This document shows, piece after piece, positions 1 to 10,280 of a stretch of DNA of 64,000 nt. The DNA lies in contig CAWBAT010000005.1 in NCBI GenBank assembly GCA_963786955.1, positions 1,184,001 to 1,248,000 of the forward strand, read 5' to 3'. Numbering within the stretch: position 1 is the first letter of the stretch; every line of letters starts with the position of its first letter. Made by a program: the position numbers and the translations under genes. The stretch is from an uncultured Acidimicrobiia bacterium. GTDB taxonomy: Bacteria; Acidobacteriota; Terriglobia; Versatilivoradales; Versatilivoraceae. Under the pieces are notes generated by a model. The model was not told the origin of the DNA. It did no database searches and saw only the letters and a program-made list of their open reading frames with translations.

Positions 1-1
1 T

Positions 2-1456
2 TTGGAATTGCTGACCCCACAGGGGGATTTTGTGCAGGCGGAGACGTACAACAAGCTGTTCACGATGCACGGGGTCATTATGATTTTTTTCTTTCTCATT
101 CCTTCCATCCCAGCCTCTCTGGGAAATTTTCTAGTGCCGATGATGGTCGGCGCAAAAGATTTGGCGTTCCCGAGAATCAACCTCTTGAGTTGGTACATTT
201 ACGTGATTGGAGGATTGTTTACTTTGGGTGCCGTGTTGGCTGGGGGAGTCGATACGGGGTGGACGTTCTACACTCCATACAGCACGACGTATTCAAACGG
301 TTACGTGATTGCGACAGGAGTCGGCGCTTTCATTACCGGATTTTCCTCCATTCTGACCGGGCTGAATTTCATTGTCACGATTCACAAAATGAGAGCACCC
401 GGGCTTACTTGGTTCCGTCTCCCCCTGTTTATCTGGGCTCATTATGCGGCGAGCTTGATCATGATGCTGGGGACACCGGTCATCGCGATAACGTTAGCCT
501 TATTAGCTCTTGAGAGGGCCTTTCACATAGGTATTTTCGATCCAGCCTTAGGAGGAGATCCCATCCTCTTTCAGCATTTGTTCTGGTTTTACTCGCATCC
601 GGCAGTCTATATCATGATCCTTCCAGCCATGGGCGTGATCAGCGAGTTAGTCTCGTGTTTTTCGCGAAAGTATATTTTCGGATACCAGTTCGTGGCCTAT
701 TCCAGCATTGGCATCGCAGTGCTCGGTTTTCTGGTCTGGGGGCATCACATGTTTGTGAGTGGCCAATCTGTCTATGCGGGATTGATTTTTTCGATGCTGA
801 GTTTTCTGGTGGCAATCCCCTCCGCCATCAAAGTGTTTAATTGGACAGCGACCCTATACAAAGGTTCCATATCCTTTCAGTCTCCCATGCTCTATGCCTT
901 TGGATTCCTCGGGCTGTTTACCATCGGCGGTTTAACAGGCCTTTTTTTGGCGGCTGTGGGCCTGGATGTTCATGTCCACGACACCTATTTTGTAGTGGCC
1001 CATTTCCATTACATCATGGTGGGTGGTACGGTGATGGCTTACATGGGAGGGTTGCATTTTTGGTGGCCGAAAATTTCGGGTCGTCTTTATCCGGAAGGAT
1101 GGGCAAAATTCTCCGCCCTCGTTGTCTTTCTGGGGTTTCATCTGACTTTTTTCCCTCAATTCATTCTGGGTTACATGGGAATGCCAAGACGCTACCATGC
1201 CTATCCGGAAGAGTTTCAGGTGCTCAACGTCATGTCGTCAGCGGGGGCTTCAATCTTGGGAATTGGCTATCTGATTCCCATGATTTACTTGATCTGGTCG
1301 CTTCGTTACGGACCTCCTGCCTCGGCGAATCCTTGGGGGGCAACGGGACTGGAATGGCGAACACCGTCACCGCCCCCGACGGAAAATTTCACGGAAGTCC
1401 CCGTCGTCAATGAAGGGCCTTATGAATATTCAATCAGGGAGATTAAAGTTGTCTGA
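2..1456 (+). CDS. ctaD: Cytochrome c oxidase subunit I, A2-type (5' truncated by window edge)
   Basis: Motifs [20 protein letters not shown] (YS, A2 type), WGHH, VAHFHY and GMPRRY in a 484-aa ORF. Confidence 0.97.
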   Translation: MELLTPQGDFVQAETYNKLFTMHGVIMIFFFLIPSIPASLGNFLVPMMVGAKDLAFPRINLLSWYIYVIGGLFTLGAVLAGGVDTGWTFYTPYSTTYSNGYVIATGVGAFITGFSSILTGLNFIVTIHKMRAPGLTWFRLPLFIWAHYAASLIMMLGTPVIAITLALLALERAFHIGIFDPALGGDPILFQHLFWFYSHPAVYIMILPAMGVISELVSCFSRKYIFGYQFVAYSSIGIAVLGFLVWGHHMFVSGQSVYAGLIFSMLSFLVAIPSAIKVFNWTATLYKGSISFQSPMLYAFGFLGLFTIGGLTGLFLAAVGLDVHVHDTYFVVAHFHYIMVGGTVMAYMGGLHFWWPKISGRLYPEGWAKFSALVVFLGFHLTFFPQFILGYMGMPRRYHAYPEEFQVLNVMSSAGASILGIGYLIPMIYLIWSLRYGPPASANPWGATGLEWRTPSPPPTENFTEVPVVNEGPYEYSIREIKVV

Positions 1457-2105
1457 CGCTCAATCTGCGGCGCATCCAGCACTAGCCCATCACTTTGATA
1501 CAGTCGAACAGCAGCGGGAGGCGTCTTCGCTGGGCATGTGGGTTTTCCTCGCCCAGGAAGTCATGTTTTTCGGTGGGCTCTTTCTAACCTACCTGGTTTA
1601 TCGAAGTGCCTATCCGATTGCATTTGCCGAAGCCAGTCACCACTTGAATGTCCCCCTGGGTGGCACTAATACGGTGATTTTGATCACGAGCAGCCTGACG
1701 ATGGCTCTGGCAGTCTTTGCTTCTGAAACGGGGAAGCAAAGAATGCTGATTGCTTTCCTTCTGTTGACCTTAATCCTGGGTTTGGGTTTCTTGGGGATCA
1801 AGACGGTTGAGTACCATGACAAGTACGTTCATCATCTGATCCCCGGATTTGGATTCGCCTACCACGGTCCTCATGGTCTGCAGGCTCAGATTTTCTTTAG
1901 TTTGTATTTTGTAATGACCGGGATGCACGCCTTGCACATGGTCATTGGAATGGGCCTGCTGATTTGGTTAATGGCTCTTGCGCGAAAGGGAAAATTCAGC
2001 CCTGAATATCATTCCCCAGTCGAGCTTTTTGGCCTGTACTGGCATTTTGTGGATATTGTGTGGATTTTCCTCTTCCCCTTACTTTATTTGATTGGGTTGC
2101 ACTAG
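1449..2105 (+). CDS. ctaE: Cytochrome c oxidase subunit III
   Basis: [21 protein letters not shown] and [10 protein letters not shown] motifs; likely TTG start overlapping the ctaD stop. Confidence 0.93.
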   Translation: MSDAQSAAHPALAHHFDTVEQQREASSLGMWVFLAQEVMFFGGLFLTYLVYRSAYPIAFAEASHHLNVPLGGTNTVILITSSLTMALAVFASETGKQRMLIAFLLLTLILGLGFLGIKTVEYHDKYVHHLIPGFGFAYHGPHGLQAQIFFSLYFVMTGMHALHMVIGMGLLIWLMALARKGKFSPEYHSPVELFGLYWHFVDIVWIFLFPLLYLIGLH

Positions 2106-2157
2106 CAGGGATGACGATCCTTACCTTACAAAACCCAGAGGGAATCTTATTGATCTC

Positions 2158-2457
2158 ATGTCAGAGCATATAGTACCTATTCGTATTTATTTGATTGTCT
2201 TTGCCGCCTTGATGGGGCTGACGGCGGTCACGATATTTATTTCCTACCATGATTTGGGACCCCTCAACAATGTGGTGGCACTGACGATTGCCGTTACAAA
2301 GGCCACTCTCGTCATCCTTTATTTCATGCACGTTCGCTATAGTCCGAGCCTTACGAAACTGGTTGCTGCGGGTTCCTTTCTCTGGCTGGTCATCCTGTTG
2401 TCATTGACGATGGCCGACTACATTTCACGAGACTGGCTTTCGTTCGTTGTCAAATAA
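2158..2457 (+). CDS. ctaF: Cytochrome c oxidase subunit IV (caa3-type small subunit)
   Basis: Three hydrophobic helices, KATLVILYFMHVRY motif, position after subunit III. Confidence 0.88.
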   Translation: MSEHIVPIRIYLIVFAALMGLTAVTIFISYHDLGPLNNVVALTIAVTKATLVILYFMHVRYSPSLTKLVAAGSFLWLVILLSLTMADYISRDWLSFVVK

Positions 2458-2573
2458 TTGGCGGGAAAGACATTGTTTCCCCATTCTAATTTTTCGCAGC
2501 TTGAAGACGAATTGCCGCTGGGCACACGGTTAGCCTGCTATCGAGCAAAATTCCTTAATCTGAAGGGGGAAGG

Positions 2574-3353
2574 ATGAAACACAAGGAGTTCAAGAACAAC
2601 CCGTTGATTGAGGCCCAGGTGGAAATCCGCTGGGGGCAGGCCGACCAGAGTGGATCCGGTATCAAAACGGATCCTTATTACAAAATGACATTAGGCCGCT
2701 TCTATGAGCGAGTCATGGAAACTTATCCTGTCCATGAAATCCTTCCTGCTTCGAAATTCCCCGAAACCATGGTGTATCATACGGCTCAACACCTCTTTCG
2801 GGTTGGGAACGGCAAATGGCCTGCCATCCAGATTGGACCCGGGATTCTTTCCGTTCATACGAGAGAAGAATACCTGTGGGAAGATTTGGCGACGAAGGCA
2901 CAAGACGCCTTATCCCAATTATTGGATGCGTATCCGAAAATGGTCGAAATGCGGATCGAGATGATTCGATTACATTATATTGATGCAGTCAATCTTGATT
3001 TCAACCGGGAGAACGTCCTGCAGTTTTTGCAGGAAAAATTTAAGACTAACATCGAACTTCCCCCTTCTCTCTTCTTAGATGGGCACGTTAGCTCCCGCCC
3101 CAAGAGCTTTTCCTGGGAAGCGACCTTTGAAGAAGATCAGCCCGAGGGGAGCATCACGATTCGTTTTTCAACCGGGGAGCGGGATGCACGTCCTGCCCTT
3201 CTCTGGGAAACTATTGTAGAGTCTTCCGGTCGCCAGTTGCCCCCCCTTCCGAGTGGGATGGGTCATTGGCTCAACCAGGCTCACGTCCTGGCTGAAGACT
3301 GGTTTTCTAAGTTTATCGAAGGGGATTTAGAAAAAGATTTTGCCGGTGCCTAG
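2574..3353 (+). CDS. TIGR04255-like uncharacterised protein
   Basis: N-terminal FKNNPLIEAQVEIRW and internal IRLHYIDA (RxGLRYIN-like) pattern, recalled for this family; purine-rich RBS. Confidence 0.7.
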   Translation: MKHKEFKNNPLIEAQVEIRWGQADQSGSGIKTDPYYKMTLGRFYERVMETYPVHEILPASKFPETMVYHTAQHLFRVGNGKWPAIQIGPGILSVHTREEYLWEDLATKAQDALSQLLDAYPKMVEMRIEMIRLHYIDAVNLDFNRENVLQFLQEKFKTNIELPPSLFLDGHVSSRPKSFSWEATFEEDQPEGSITIRFSTGERDARPALLWETIVESSGRQLPPLPSGMGHWLNQAHVLAEDWFSKFIEGDLEKDFAGA

Positions 3354-3398
3354 GAGCATAATAGTAAGGGCGAATCTGTTGATGAACAAAAGCAATGA

Positions 3399-4163
3399 TT
3401 AAGTCAGCCCCCATTTCTTTCTCTTCTGGAAAAGTCTGAGGTACCCTCCGATCGTACGGAGGACTTTCATTTTGCTTTCCCCTTCCCGCCGCGAACCATC
3501 GAGTCCCATGGCGACTTCGGAGATGGTTGCTTCGACTTTGATTAATTTTGCGAGTAGTTCCACCATGCACTCAAATCCCGGGCTTTCAATAAGGCTCGGA
3601 CCATAGCGTTTCTCCAGCCGCATCAGGACTTCGGCACTATAGAGCCGGAAAAACGAGCTCATCGTCAATATACCCCGAATTCCCAACAACTCTTTCACAA
3701 GAGTGTTGGCCACATGGCTGAGAAAGATCCGCATCAACGAGGTCTGTGTAATTCCCCCTCCATAGGCATAAGGGCTTGCGAGAACGACCTCAAATCCTTC
3801 CAGGCGGCGAAGAAGCATCTGGCGCAGTGTTTGTAATCGCGAGGTGTTGTCACCTTCAAGGGTCACGACCCAATCCAGCAAAGTCAATTGAGGGACAATA
3901 TGTCGAAAGCCAGTGGCAAATGCGGCGCCAGGTCCTTGGTTTGTCTTGTGCTGCAGCACTTCGACAGGCAATTGGTCGCGATGCCCTAAGATTTTGGTAG
4001 CTGTATGGTCGGTGCTTCCGTCATCAATGAAGTAGACCTTGCAGGCGAACTCGCTCTGCAATTCGTGCGTCAGGCCTGCTAGATTTTCAAGTAGTCTGGG
4101 AACGTTGGCAGATTCATTGAACACAGGAATGATAAAATAAAGGTGAGAGAGTTTACTCAACAT
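3399..4163 (-). CDS. Glycosyltransferase family 2 (DPM/ArnC-like polyprenyl-phosphate glycosyltransferase)
   Basis: IIPVFNE, IDDGSTD, NQGPGAAF and GESKM motifs. Confidence 0.9.
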   Translation of the reverse strand: MLSKLSHLYFIIPVFNESANVPRLLENLAGLTHELQSEFACKVYFIDDGSTDHTATKILGHRDQLPVEVLQHKTNQGPGAAFATGFRHIVPQLTLLDWVVTLEGDNTSRLQTLRQMLLRRLEGFEVVLASPYAYGGGITQTSLMRIFLSHVANTLVKELLGIRGILTMSSFFRLYSAEVLMRLEKRYGPSLIESPGFECMVELLAKLIKVEATISEVAMGLDGSRREGESKMKVLRTIGGYLRLFQKRKKWGLT

Positions 4164-4174
4164 CGGAGACGAGG

Positions 4175-5182
4175 CTAAGTGTCTAAAGAGAAAGTTGGGT
4201 TAAATTCTCGAATTGTACCCAGGTGAGTCTGCATCCATTCCACCTGTAAACGCATTCCCTCTTCCAGGCTGATCTTAGGTGCATGTCCCAATAGATAACG
4301 GGCCTTTGATCCTTCGACCAGGCGGTGCTGCGGGTCCTCGTAAAGACGCGAAAAGTCAGAATAGGGGATAAAACGAAGGAGCGGCTTTCGGGTCATTCCT
4401 GTGACACGCCAGATCAAATACGCTAGATTTACTACGCTGATGGTCGGTCCACCCCCGATGTTGAGGACTTCGCCGTCAGCGTAGGGTGTCTCAAGGACCT
4501 TGAGGGTTGCGTCCATCGCGTCTGAAATATGAGTGAACGGTCTGGATTGGGTCCCGTCTCCGTGTATGGGGATCGGCTGGCCAGTCAGCGCGGCGTAGAT
4601 AAAGACATCCTGGACGCCGCTCAGACGGGACAATTGAAAGGTTGGACCATAAATTCCCGAATAGCGAAGGATTGAAATCGGAACATTGTATTTCTCCGCG
4701 TAGGCAAAGCAGAGCTGTTCTCCGTAAATTTTGGAAATGGCCAGACTCCAGCGTTCGACTCGGGACTCACCGAGAACCAAAGTGCTGCCTTCAGAGAAGC
4801 TCGCCTCAGGATTCTTTCCGTAGACTTCATCGGTTGAGGCGAAAATCACTCGTGAATTGTGCTTGCGAGCGCACTCCAAGACATGTTCTGTCCCACGAGC
4901 ATTCACCTCTAGAGTTTTCAGATAGCCATCGTAGCGGGGGATCTTCAAAGCCGCCAAATGAAAAATCACTTCGACATCACGCGAGACAGCGTCAAGCCTT
5001 TCAACATTGAGGATAGTTTCTTCTACAAAAGTAAAGTTAGGATGCGGAAGGAAGGGCGCAACGTTCAAAGAATGCCCCAGAGAAAAATCGTCCAAACCGA
5101 TGACCTGATGTCCCCGGTCGAGTAACTCTTTGAGCAAATTCGAGCCAAGAAGGCCCGCTACGCCGGTAATCAATATCTTCAT
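4175..5182 (-). CDS. NAD-dependent epimerase/dehydratase (UXS/ArnA-like SDR), catalytic Tyr replaced by Leu
   Basis: ITGVAGLLGS Rossmann motif, ASTDEVYG, GDGTQSR; RWSLAISK at the YxxxK position. Confidence 0.88.
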   Translation of the reverse strand: MKILITGVAGLLGSNLLKELLDRGHQVIGLDDFSLGHSLNVAPFLPHPNFTFVEETILNVERLDAVSRDVEVIFHLAALKIPRYDGYLKTLEVNARGTEHVLECARKHNSRVIFASTDEVYGKNPEASFSEGSTLVLGESRVERWSLAISKIYGEQLCFAYAEKYNVPISILRYSGIYGPTFQLSRLSGVQDVFIYAALTGQPIPIHGDGTQSRPFTHISDAMDATLKVLETPYADGEVLNIGGGPTISVVNLAYLIWRVTGMTRKPLLRFIPYSDFSRLYEDPQHRLVEGSKARYLLGHAPKISLEEGMRLQVEWMQTHLGTIREFNPTFSLDT

Positions 5183-5184
5183 AT

Positions 5185-6168
5185 TTATGGAACAGCCTCG
5201 TCGGTTACTTGCTTTTGCCAAGCAATCGTTCTCAACAAACCTTCTTCCAGATCGGTCTTCGGTTCAAAGCCCAGCAACGTTCTAGCTTTTGTGATATCGG
5301 GGACCCGGTTCCGCACATCCTCGTATTTTCCAAATGTTTGATACGAGATGAATTTTGATTTAGGTTCACCACGCCCGGCTAGTTTCCAAACCAGTCGCGC
5401 CAGATCCAAGATTGTCACTTCCTTGGTGTTTCCCAGATTGAAGACTTCTCCGGCGGCCTTTTCTGCAAACAGCGTGCGGATGATGCCATCGATGGTGTCA
5501 TCAATGTAGGTAAAGCTCCTTGTCTGCAAGCCGTCTCCATGGATTTCCATGGGTTGGTCTGTGAGAGCGGCATGGATAAATACCGACTGGGGGCCTCCCC
5601 ACCAAGTTGTATTTTGTCGCGGGCCATAGCCTCCAAAAAAACGGAGGATCGTTACGGGGATGCCATATTCTTGCTGGTAGGCCAAGCAGTAGTGTTCATC
5701 GAGAATCTTTGAGACCGCGTAGGCCCATCGCTTGACATTGCTTTCTCCCATGTAGAGATCGTGTGTCTCTGCGAATGGCAGGTGTGGGTTCTTCCCATAC
5801 ACATCGGAGGTGGAAGCCAAAACCACTTTTGCTTTGTGCTTTACCGCTGCCTTCAAGACAGATTCTGTCCCGTGCACATTGATCGTGAGTGTATCGTAGG
5901 CGTCTCCATACCGGGGTATCTTAAAAGCAGCCAAGTGAACCAAGATCGTTGCATCCCTGGCCAATGATTCAATAGCCGGCCCATTCCGGACATCCTCTTG
6001 AAAAAACTCAAAATGAGGATGTCCGCGGAACTCTTTGACGTTGTGAAGAGTACCCTGAGACAGGTTATCCACGGCACAAACCGTGTGTCCCAAGGAAAGA
6101 AGCCGCTCGCATAAATTGGATCCAATAAAACCCGCGGCTCCCGTTACCAAAATCTTTTCTGGTTTCAT
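5185..6168 (-). CDS. NAD-dependent epimerase/dehydratase (UXS/ArnA-like SDR)
   Basis: VTGAAGFIGS, ASTSDVYG, RWAYAVSK (YxxxK intact), GDGLQTRSFTYIDD. Confidence 0.92.
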   Translation of the reverse strand: MKPEKILVTGAAGFIGSNLCERLLSLGHTVCAVDNLSQGTLHNVKEFRGHPHFEFFQEDVRNGPAIESLARDATILVHLAAFKIPRYGDAYDTLTINVHGTESVLKAAVKHKAKVVLASTSDVYGKNPHLPFAETHDLYMGESNVKRWAYAVSKILDEHYCLAYQQEYGIPVTILRFFGGYGPRQNTTWWGGPQSVFIHAALTDQPMEIHGDGLQTRSFTYIDDTIDGIIRTLFAEKAAGEVFNLGNTKEVTILDLARLVWKLAGRGEPKSKFISYQTFGKYEDVRNRVPDITKARTLLGFEPKTDLEEGLLRTIAWQKQVTDEAVP

Positions 6169-6210
6169 GGCTCTCTCAAAATGCCCAGAGGGCGGAAGCT
6201 AAACACCCCT

Positions 6211-7317
6211 TCAATCTGCTTTCAAGAATTCGTGAAGGGCTGATATCACAGCCTGGATTTCGGCTTCCTCCATTTCCGGGAAGATAGGCAATGAGATGAT
6301 CTCCTTGCAAACGGCTTCTGCGACTGGAAGAGTCACACGCGGATCCGCCAACTGCCGAAAAGCGGGTTGGAGGTGCAGAGGCGTCGGATAATGAATCGCA
6401 TGGCCTATCGCTCGAGCCTTCAAGAATGTAGCCAAAGAGTCCCGCCGCCCAGTTCTGATGGAATACTGGTTATAAACGTGTCGAACGTCAGGACCACAAC
6501 TGGGAGTGATAACGTTGAGCCCTTGCCAGGCCAAATTATATCTTTGTGCAATCCGTATCCTGGCATCAGTCCAAGATTCCAAGTGTCGTAGTTTTGTTCT
6601 CAAGATGGCCGCTTGAAGAGTGTCCAAGCGGCTGTTAACGCCTAGAATCTCATGTTGGTATTTCACTTTGGACCCATGGACAGAAATCATCCGGCAGCGT
6701 TGTGCCAATTGGGCGTCATTGGTGGCTAGTGCCCCGGCATCTCCATAGGCGCCTAAATTCTTGCTGGGGAAAAAACTGAAACAGCCAATGTGACCGATCG
6801 TTCCGGCGGCCTTCCCTTTGTAGCGCGCTCCAATAGCTTGAGCAGCGTCTTCAATGACGGACAATCCATGCGACTCGGCAATGGAAAGAATAGGATCCAT
6901 ATCTGCTGGTTGACCATAGAGGTGCACAGGCATCAGAGCTTTTGTCTTCGGAGTGATGCGGTCTGCAATCTGGTTCACGTCTAGATTAAAAGTTCGGGGG
7001 TCAATATCTACATACACCGGCCTGGCGCCGAGAAGCACAATGGTTTCAACCGTGGCCACAAAGGTGAATGAAGTCGTGATGACTTCGTCCCCTGTCCCGA
7101 TACCCAAGGCCATCAGTGCAATCTGCAGCGCATCCGTTCCGGATGCGCAACCAATGGTATGCTGCACCTTGAGGTAATTTGCCAGCTCGGATTCAAATTC
7201 TCTAACGGGTGCACCCAAAATGAAATCGGTAGAGTCCACAACGGACTGAATCGCCGCGTCCATTTCGTGCTTGATCATTTGGTATTGTCGATTCAGATCC
7301 ACCATCTTGATCTGCAT
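6211..7317 (-). CDS. DegT/DnrJ/EryC1/StrS PLP aminotransferase (WbpE-like)
   Basis: SGTDAL, VHLYGQ, EDAAQA, SFFPSKNLG and NSRLD motifs. Confidence 0.95.
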   Translation of the reverse strand: MQIKMVDLNRQYQMIKHEMDAAIQSVVDSTDFILGAPVREFESELANYLKVQHTIGCASGTDALQIALMALGIGTGDEVITTSFTFVATVETIVLLGARPVYVDIDPRTFNLDVNQIADRITPKTKALMPVHLYGQPADMDPILSIAESHGLSVIEDAAQAIGARYKGKAAGTIGHIGCFSFFPSKNLGAYGDAGALATNDAQLAQRCRMISVHGSKVKYQHEILGVNSRLDTLQAAILRTKLRHLESWTDARIRIAQRYNLAWQGLNVITPSCGPDVRHVYNQYSIRTGRRDSLATFLKARAIGHAIHYPTPLHLQPAFRQLADPRVTLPVAEAVCKEIISLPIFPEMEEAEIQAVISALHEFLKAD

Positions 7318-7337
7318 AAGCGATTCCTTCCCGGATA

Positions 7338-8435
7338 TTAATTTTCCAGCATGACTTGAGTGATTCGTTCAGCCGTCTTCCCGTCCCACAGCGGAACGGG
7401 GCGCCCGCTTTTGTAACGATGATGGATAATGGCCTCAACTTGCACCAGAATCCGCTCTGAGTCAAGGCCAACGAGAGAGTTCGTCCCAATCTCCACCGTT
7501 ACGGGCTGTTCGGTACAATCCCTGAGAGTCAAACAGGGCACTCCGAGATAGCTTGTCTCAGCTTGAATCCCCCCTGAGTCTGAAAGCACAGCCAGCGAGT
7601 TCCGGACGAGGTGCAGGAAATCCAAATATCTTTTGGGCTCCGTCAGGCGCACTCGAGGATTCTTCCGAAGCACATGATACAGGTCGAGATTCTTTAAATT
7701 CTTCCGGGTCCTTGGATGTACGGGAAAAATGACCGGCATCCGCACGGAGATAGCCTGAATCAGGTCGGCCAAATGCTGCAACTTCTCAGGATTATCCACT
7801 GTGCCGGCACGGTGCGTCGTCAACAAAAAATATGCTTTGGGGGACACATTAAGCTCTTGGAGAACAGGAGAGCGACTCGACTTTTCCAAAGACCGAATGA
7901 GTTCGTCGATCATGATGTTCCCTACCAGGTGGATGTTGCCGATTGGAACTCCTTCGCGGGAAAGGTTATCGACGCCGGCCTGCTCGGTCACAAAGAGTAT
8001 GTCTGAAACCTGGTCAGTCAGTATGCGATTGACTTCTTCGGGCATACTCTTATCAAAACTTCGCAGCCCGGATTCAACATGGGCTAACGGAATTTTTTCC
8101 TTGGCGCACACGAGCGCACAGGCCAGCGTAGAATTAACATCTCCGAAAACGACCACTCCATCCACTCTTTCACTCCGGATAACCTTCTCAAAACTCCTCA
8201 TAATCCGGGCTGTCTGGGTAGTATGTGTACCGGAACCGACTCCCAAGTGATAGTGCGGCTGTGGCAATTCCAAATCTTGAAAGAACGATTCAGACATGGA
8301 AAAGTCGTAATGCTGCCCGGTGTGGACCAGGATGCTCTTGATCTGTTGGGGGACTTGGGCGAATTGTCTGTGCAAGGGCGCCATTTTGAGAAAATTGGGC
8401 CTTGCACCGACAACGCTGACAATGGTTTTGATCAT
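7338..8435 (-). CDS. wecB: UDP-N-acetylglucosamine 2-epimerase, non-hydrolysing (WecB/WbpI-like)
   Basis: VGARPNFLK, HTGQHYD, GDVNST, HVESGLRS, PEEVNR and DSGGIQ motifs. Confidence 0.93.
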   Translation of the reverse strand: MIKTIVSVVGARPNFLKMAPLHRQFAQVPQQIKSILVHTGQHYDFSMSESFFQDLELPQPHYHLGVGSGTHTTQTARIMRSFEKVIRSERVDGVVVFGDVNSTLACALVCAKEKIPLAHVESGLRSFDKSMPEEVNRILTDQVSDILFVTEQAGVDNLSREGVPIGNIHLVGNIMIDELIRSLEKSSRSPVLQELNVSPKAYFLLTTHRAGTVDNPEKLQHLADLIQAISVRMPVIFPVHPRTRKNLKNLDLYHVLRKNPRVRLTEPKRYLDFLHLVRNSLAVLSDSGGIQAETSYLGVPCLTLRDCTEQPVTVEIGTNSLVGLDSERILVQVEAIIHHRYKSGRPVPLWDGKTAERITQVMLEN

Positions 8436-8455
8436 TCAAGCGGGCGACAATTTGA

Positions 8456-10036
8456 TTAATGAATTCTCAGGACCAGTTCGTCCTTCTTCCGGTAAGAAGC
8501 TTGGCAGCTGACACATTCAGCCTGATCCGCCGGGGGATGAAATCGAATGCGTTCACCGCATTCACACATCCATCCTACCGGTCTGGCGGGATTGCCAATG
8601 ACTAGAGCATAGTCGGGAACATCTTTAGTCACGACCGCTCCCGCCCCCACAAACGAATAACGCCCGATGGTGTGTCCACATAGAATCGTTGCGTTGGCGC
8701 CAATGGTGGCTCCCTTCGCAACCCTAGTTTTCTGATAGGCGTGGCGCCGGTTCACGTGACTTCTCGGAGTGCCGACGTTTGTGAACACCATTGATGGACC
8801 CAGAAACACGTTATCCTCACAAATGACTCCTGTATAGACAGAAACATTATTCTGAACCTTTACATTTTCCCCCAAGATACAATGCGGTGAAATAACTACA
8901 TTTTGCCCGATCGTACAGTTTCTTCCGATCTCGCAATCCCTCATGATGTGAGAGTAGTGCCAGATTTTTGTACCACTCCCTATCTTGCAAGGCGAATCCA
9001 CCGTTGTCGTCGGATGAACAAAATAGTCTGGTTCTGCCTCCCCTGGTAATCCCATATTTGTTTCGATAGGCGTGCCATTTTGCTCCAGGGAATGCTGACA
9101 GGCCGTGAGAATGCGGAGAACTTTCAGCCCTTCTTCACCATCGGTTAATGGGGAACGGCGGGACTGAAGACACTCCAGGAAATGGAGACATTCCGCTTTC
9201 AAGGGTTCCTCGTTTACGTATTCAACCGGTATCCCGAGAGCCTTTTCAGATACCGGTTGACGCTTCACCCAGTGGATGACGTGTGGATAGATCAGAAGCT
9301 TGTGGTCGGGGGAAAGATCGTCGAATACCGCCATCTGTCGCTCACCGACTACGACCAACTTCTGTTCCTTAAAAGGGTGGAGCCAGCTCACGAAAATGTG
9401 GGCATTCGTGCCGCTCTTGAATTGAAAGTAGCTGACTGTCACGTCCGCGATCGATTTGTGCAAAAAATTCCCGCCAGAGGATGAGACCCGCACGGGCAAT
9501 TCATCCAATAATCCCAAGATTACCGAGATGTCATGAGGTGCAAAACTCCATAAGATGTTTTCTTCCGTTCGGATTTTTCCGAAATTCAGCCGGTTCGAAT
9601 ATACATAACTGATCTTGCCCAGTTCTCCTTGCTGGATGAGCTCCTTAAGCTTTCTTAGGGCGGGGTGATACTGAAGCAAATGTCCGACCATCAGTAAACG
9701 ATTTTGCCGGGCGGCCAGAGCTACCAACTGCTTCCCCTCATCTACATTCAGCGCCAAAGGTTTCTCCACGAACACATCTTTACCTGCCAGGAGGCACTCT
9801 TTGGCGAGCCGAAAATGCGTTTCCGCAGGTGTGGCGATCACAACTCCGCCAATCTCGGGATCCATTGTCAGTTCGTGGAGTAATGAAGTGAAAGAGATCT
9901 TTGGGTATTGTTGTTTGAGGTTTGTGAGGATGTCTTCCTGGACTTCACAGACCTTCCCCAATGCACCCAATTCTGACCAAACCCGCAAGTGGTGTTTGCC
10001 CCACGCTCCCGCTCCGATCAGACCAATTTTCATCAT
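8456..10036 (-). CDS. Gfo/Idh/MocA oxidoreductase fused to a hexapeptide-repeat N-acetyltransferase (WbpB-WbpD-like fusion)
   Basis: N-terminal GAGAWG and VEKP; C-terminal left-handed beta-helix ([29 protein letters not shown]) and CECG...CVSC. Confidence 0.92.
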   Translation of the reverse strand: MMKIGLIGAGAWGKHHLRVWSELGALGKVCEVQEDILTNLKQQYPKISFTSLLHELTMDPEIGGVVIATPAETHFRLAKECLLAGKDVFVEKPLALNVDEGKQLVALAARQNRLLMVGHLLQYHPALRKLKELIQQGELGKISYVYSNRLNFGKIRTEENILWSFAPHDISVILGLLDELPVRVSSSGGNFLHKSIADVTVSYFQFKSGTNAHIFVSWLHPFKEQKLVVVGERQMAVFDDLSPDHKLLIYPHVIHWVKRQPVSEKALGIPVEYVNEEPLKAECLHFLECLQSRRSPLTDGEEGLKVLRILTACQHSLEQNGTPIETNMGLPGEAEPDYFVHPTTTVDSPCKIGSGTKIWHYSHIMRDCEIGRNCTIGQNVVISPHCILGENVKVQNNVSVYTGVICEDNVFLGPSMVFTNVGTPRSHVNRRHAYQKTRVAKGATIGANATILCGHTIGRYSFVGAGAVVTKDVPDYALVIGNPARPVGWMCECGERIRFHPPADQAECVSCQASYRKKDELVLRIH

Positions 10037-10280
10037 CCCTCACTAATGATTTTTTCTGCGTTCGATACCTGACTGGATAAATCTTTACAATTGCGGATCA
10101 CATTAGCATATTCTTGAGCGGGCCTTCCGGCATAAGAAATTCGGGTCAAATTTATTTTGAAATCCGTTGTTGGTGTCGTCAATTTTTGCTAACGTGGCTT
10201 TCTGAGAATCACTGGACCGAGTGACATGGAAAAAATTCTATTCTGCCAGGGTGAAGGGGTCAACTTTTTACTCCAAATAT

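Noticed and set aside
190-1413. Alternative-frame and antisense ORFs inside ctaD, and similar shadow ORFs throughout the track
   Set aside because: They overlap well-supported genes and lack independent coding signals
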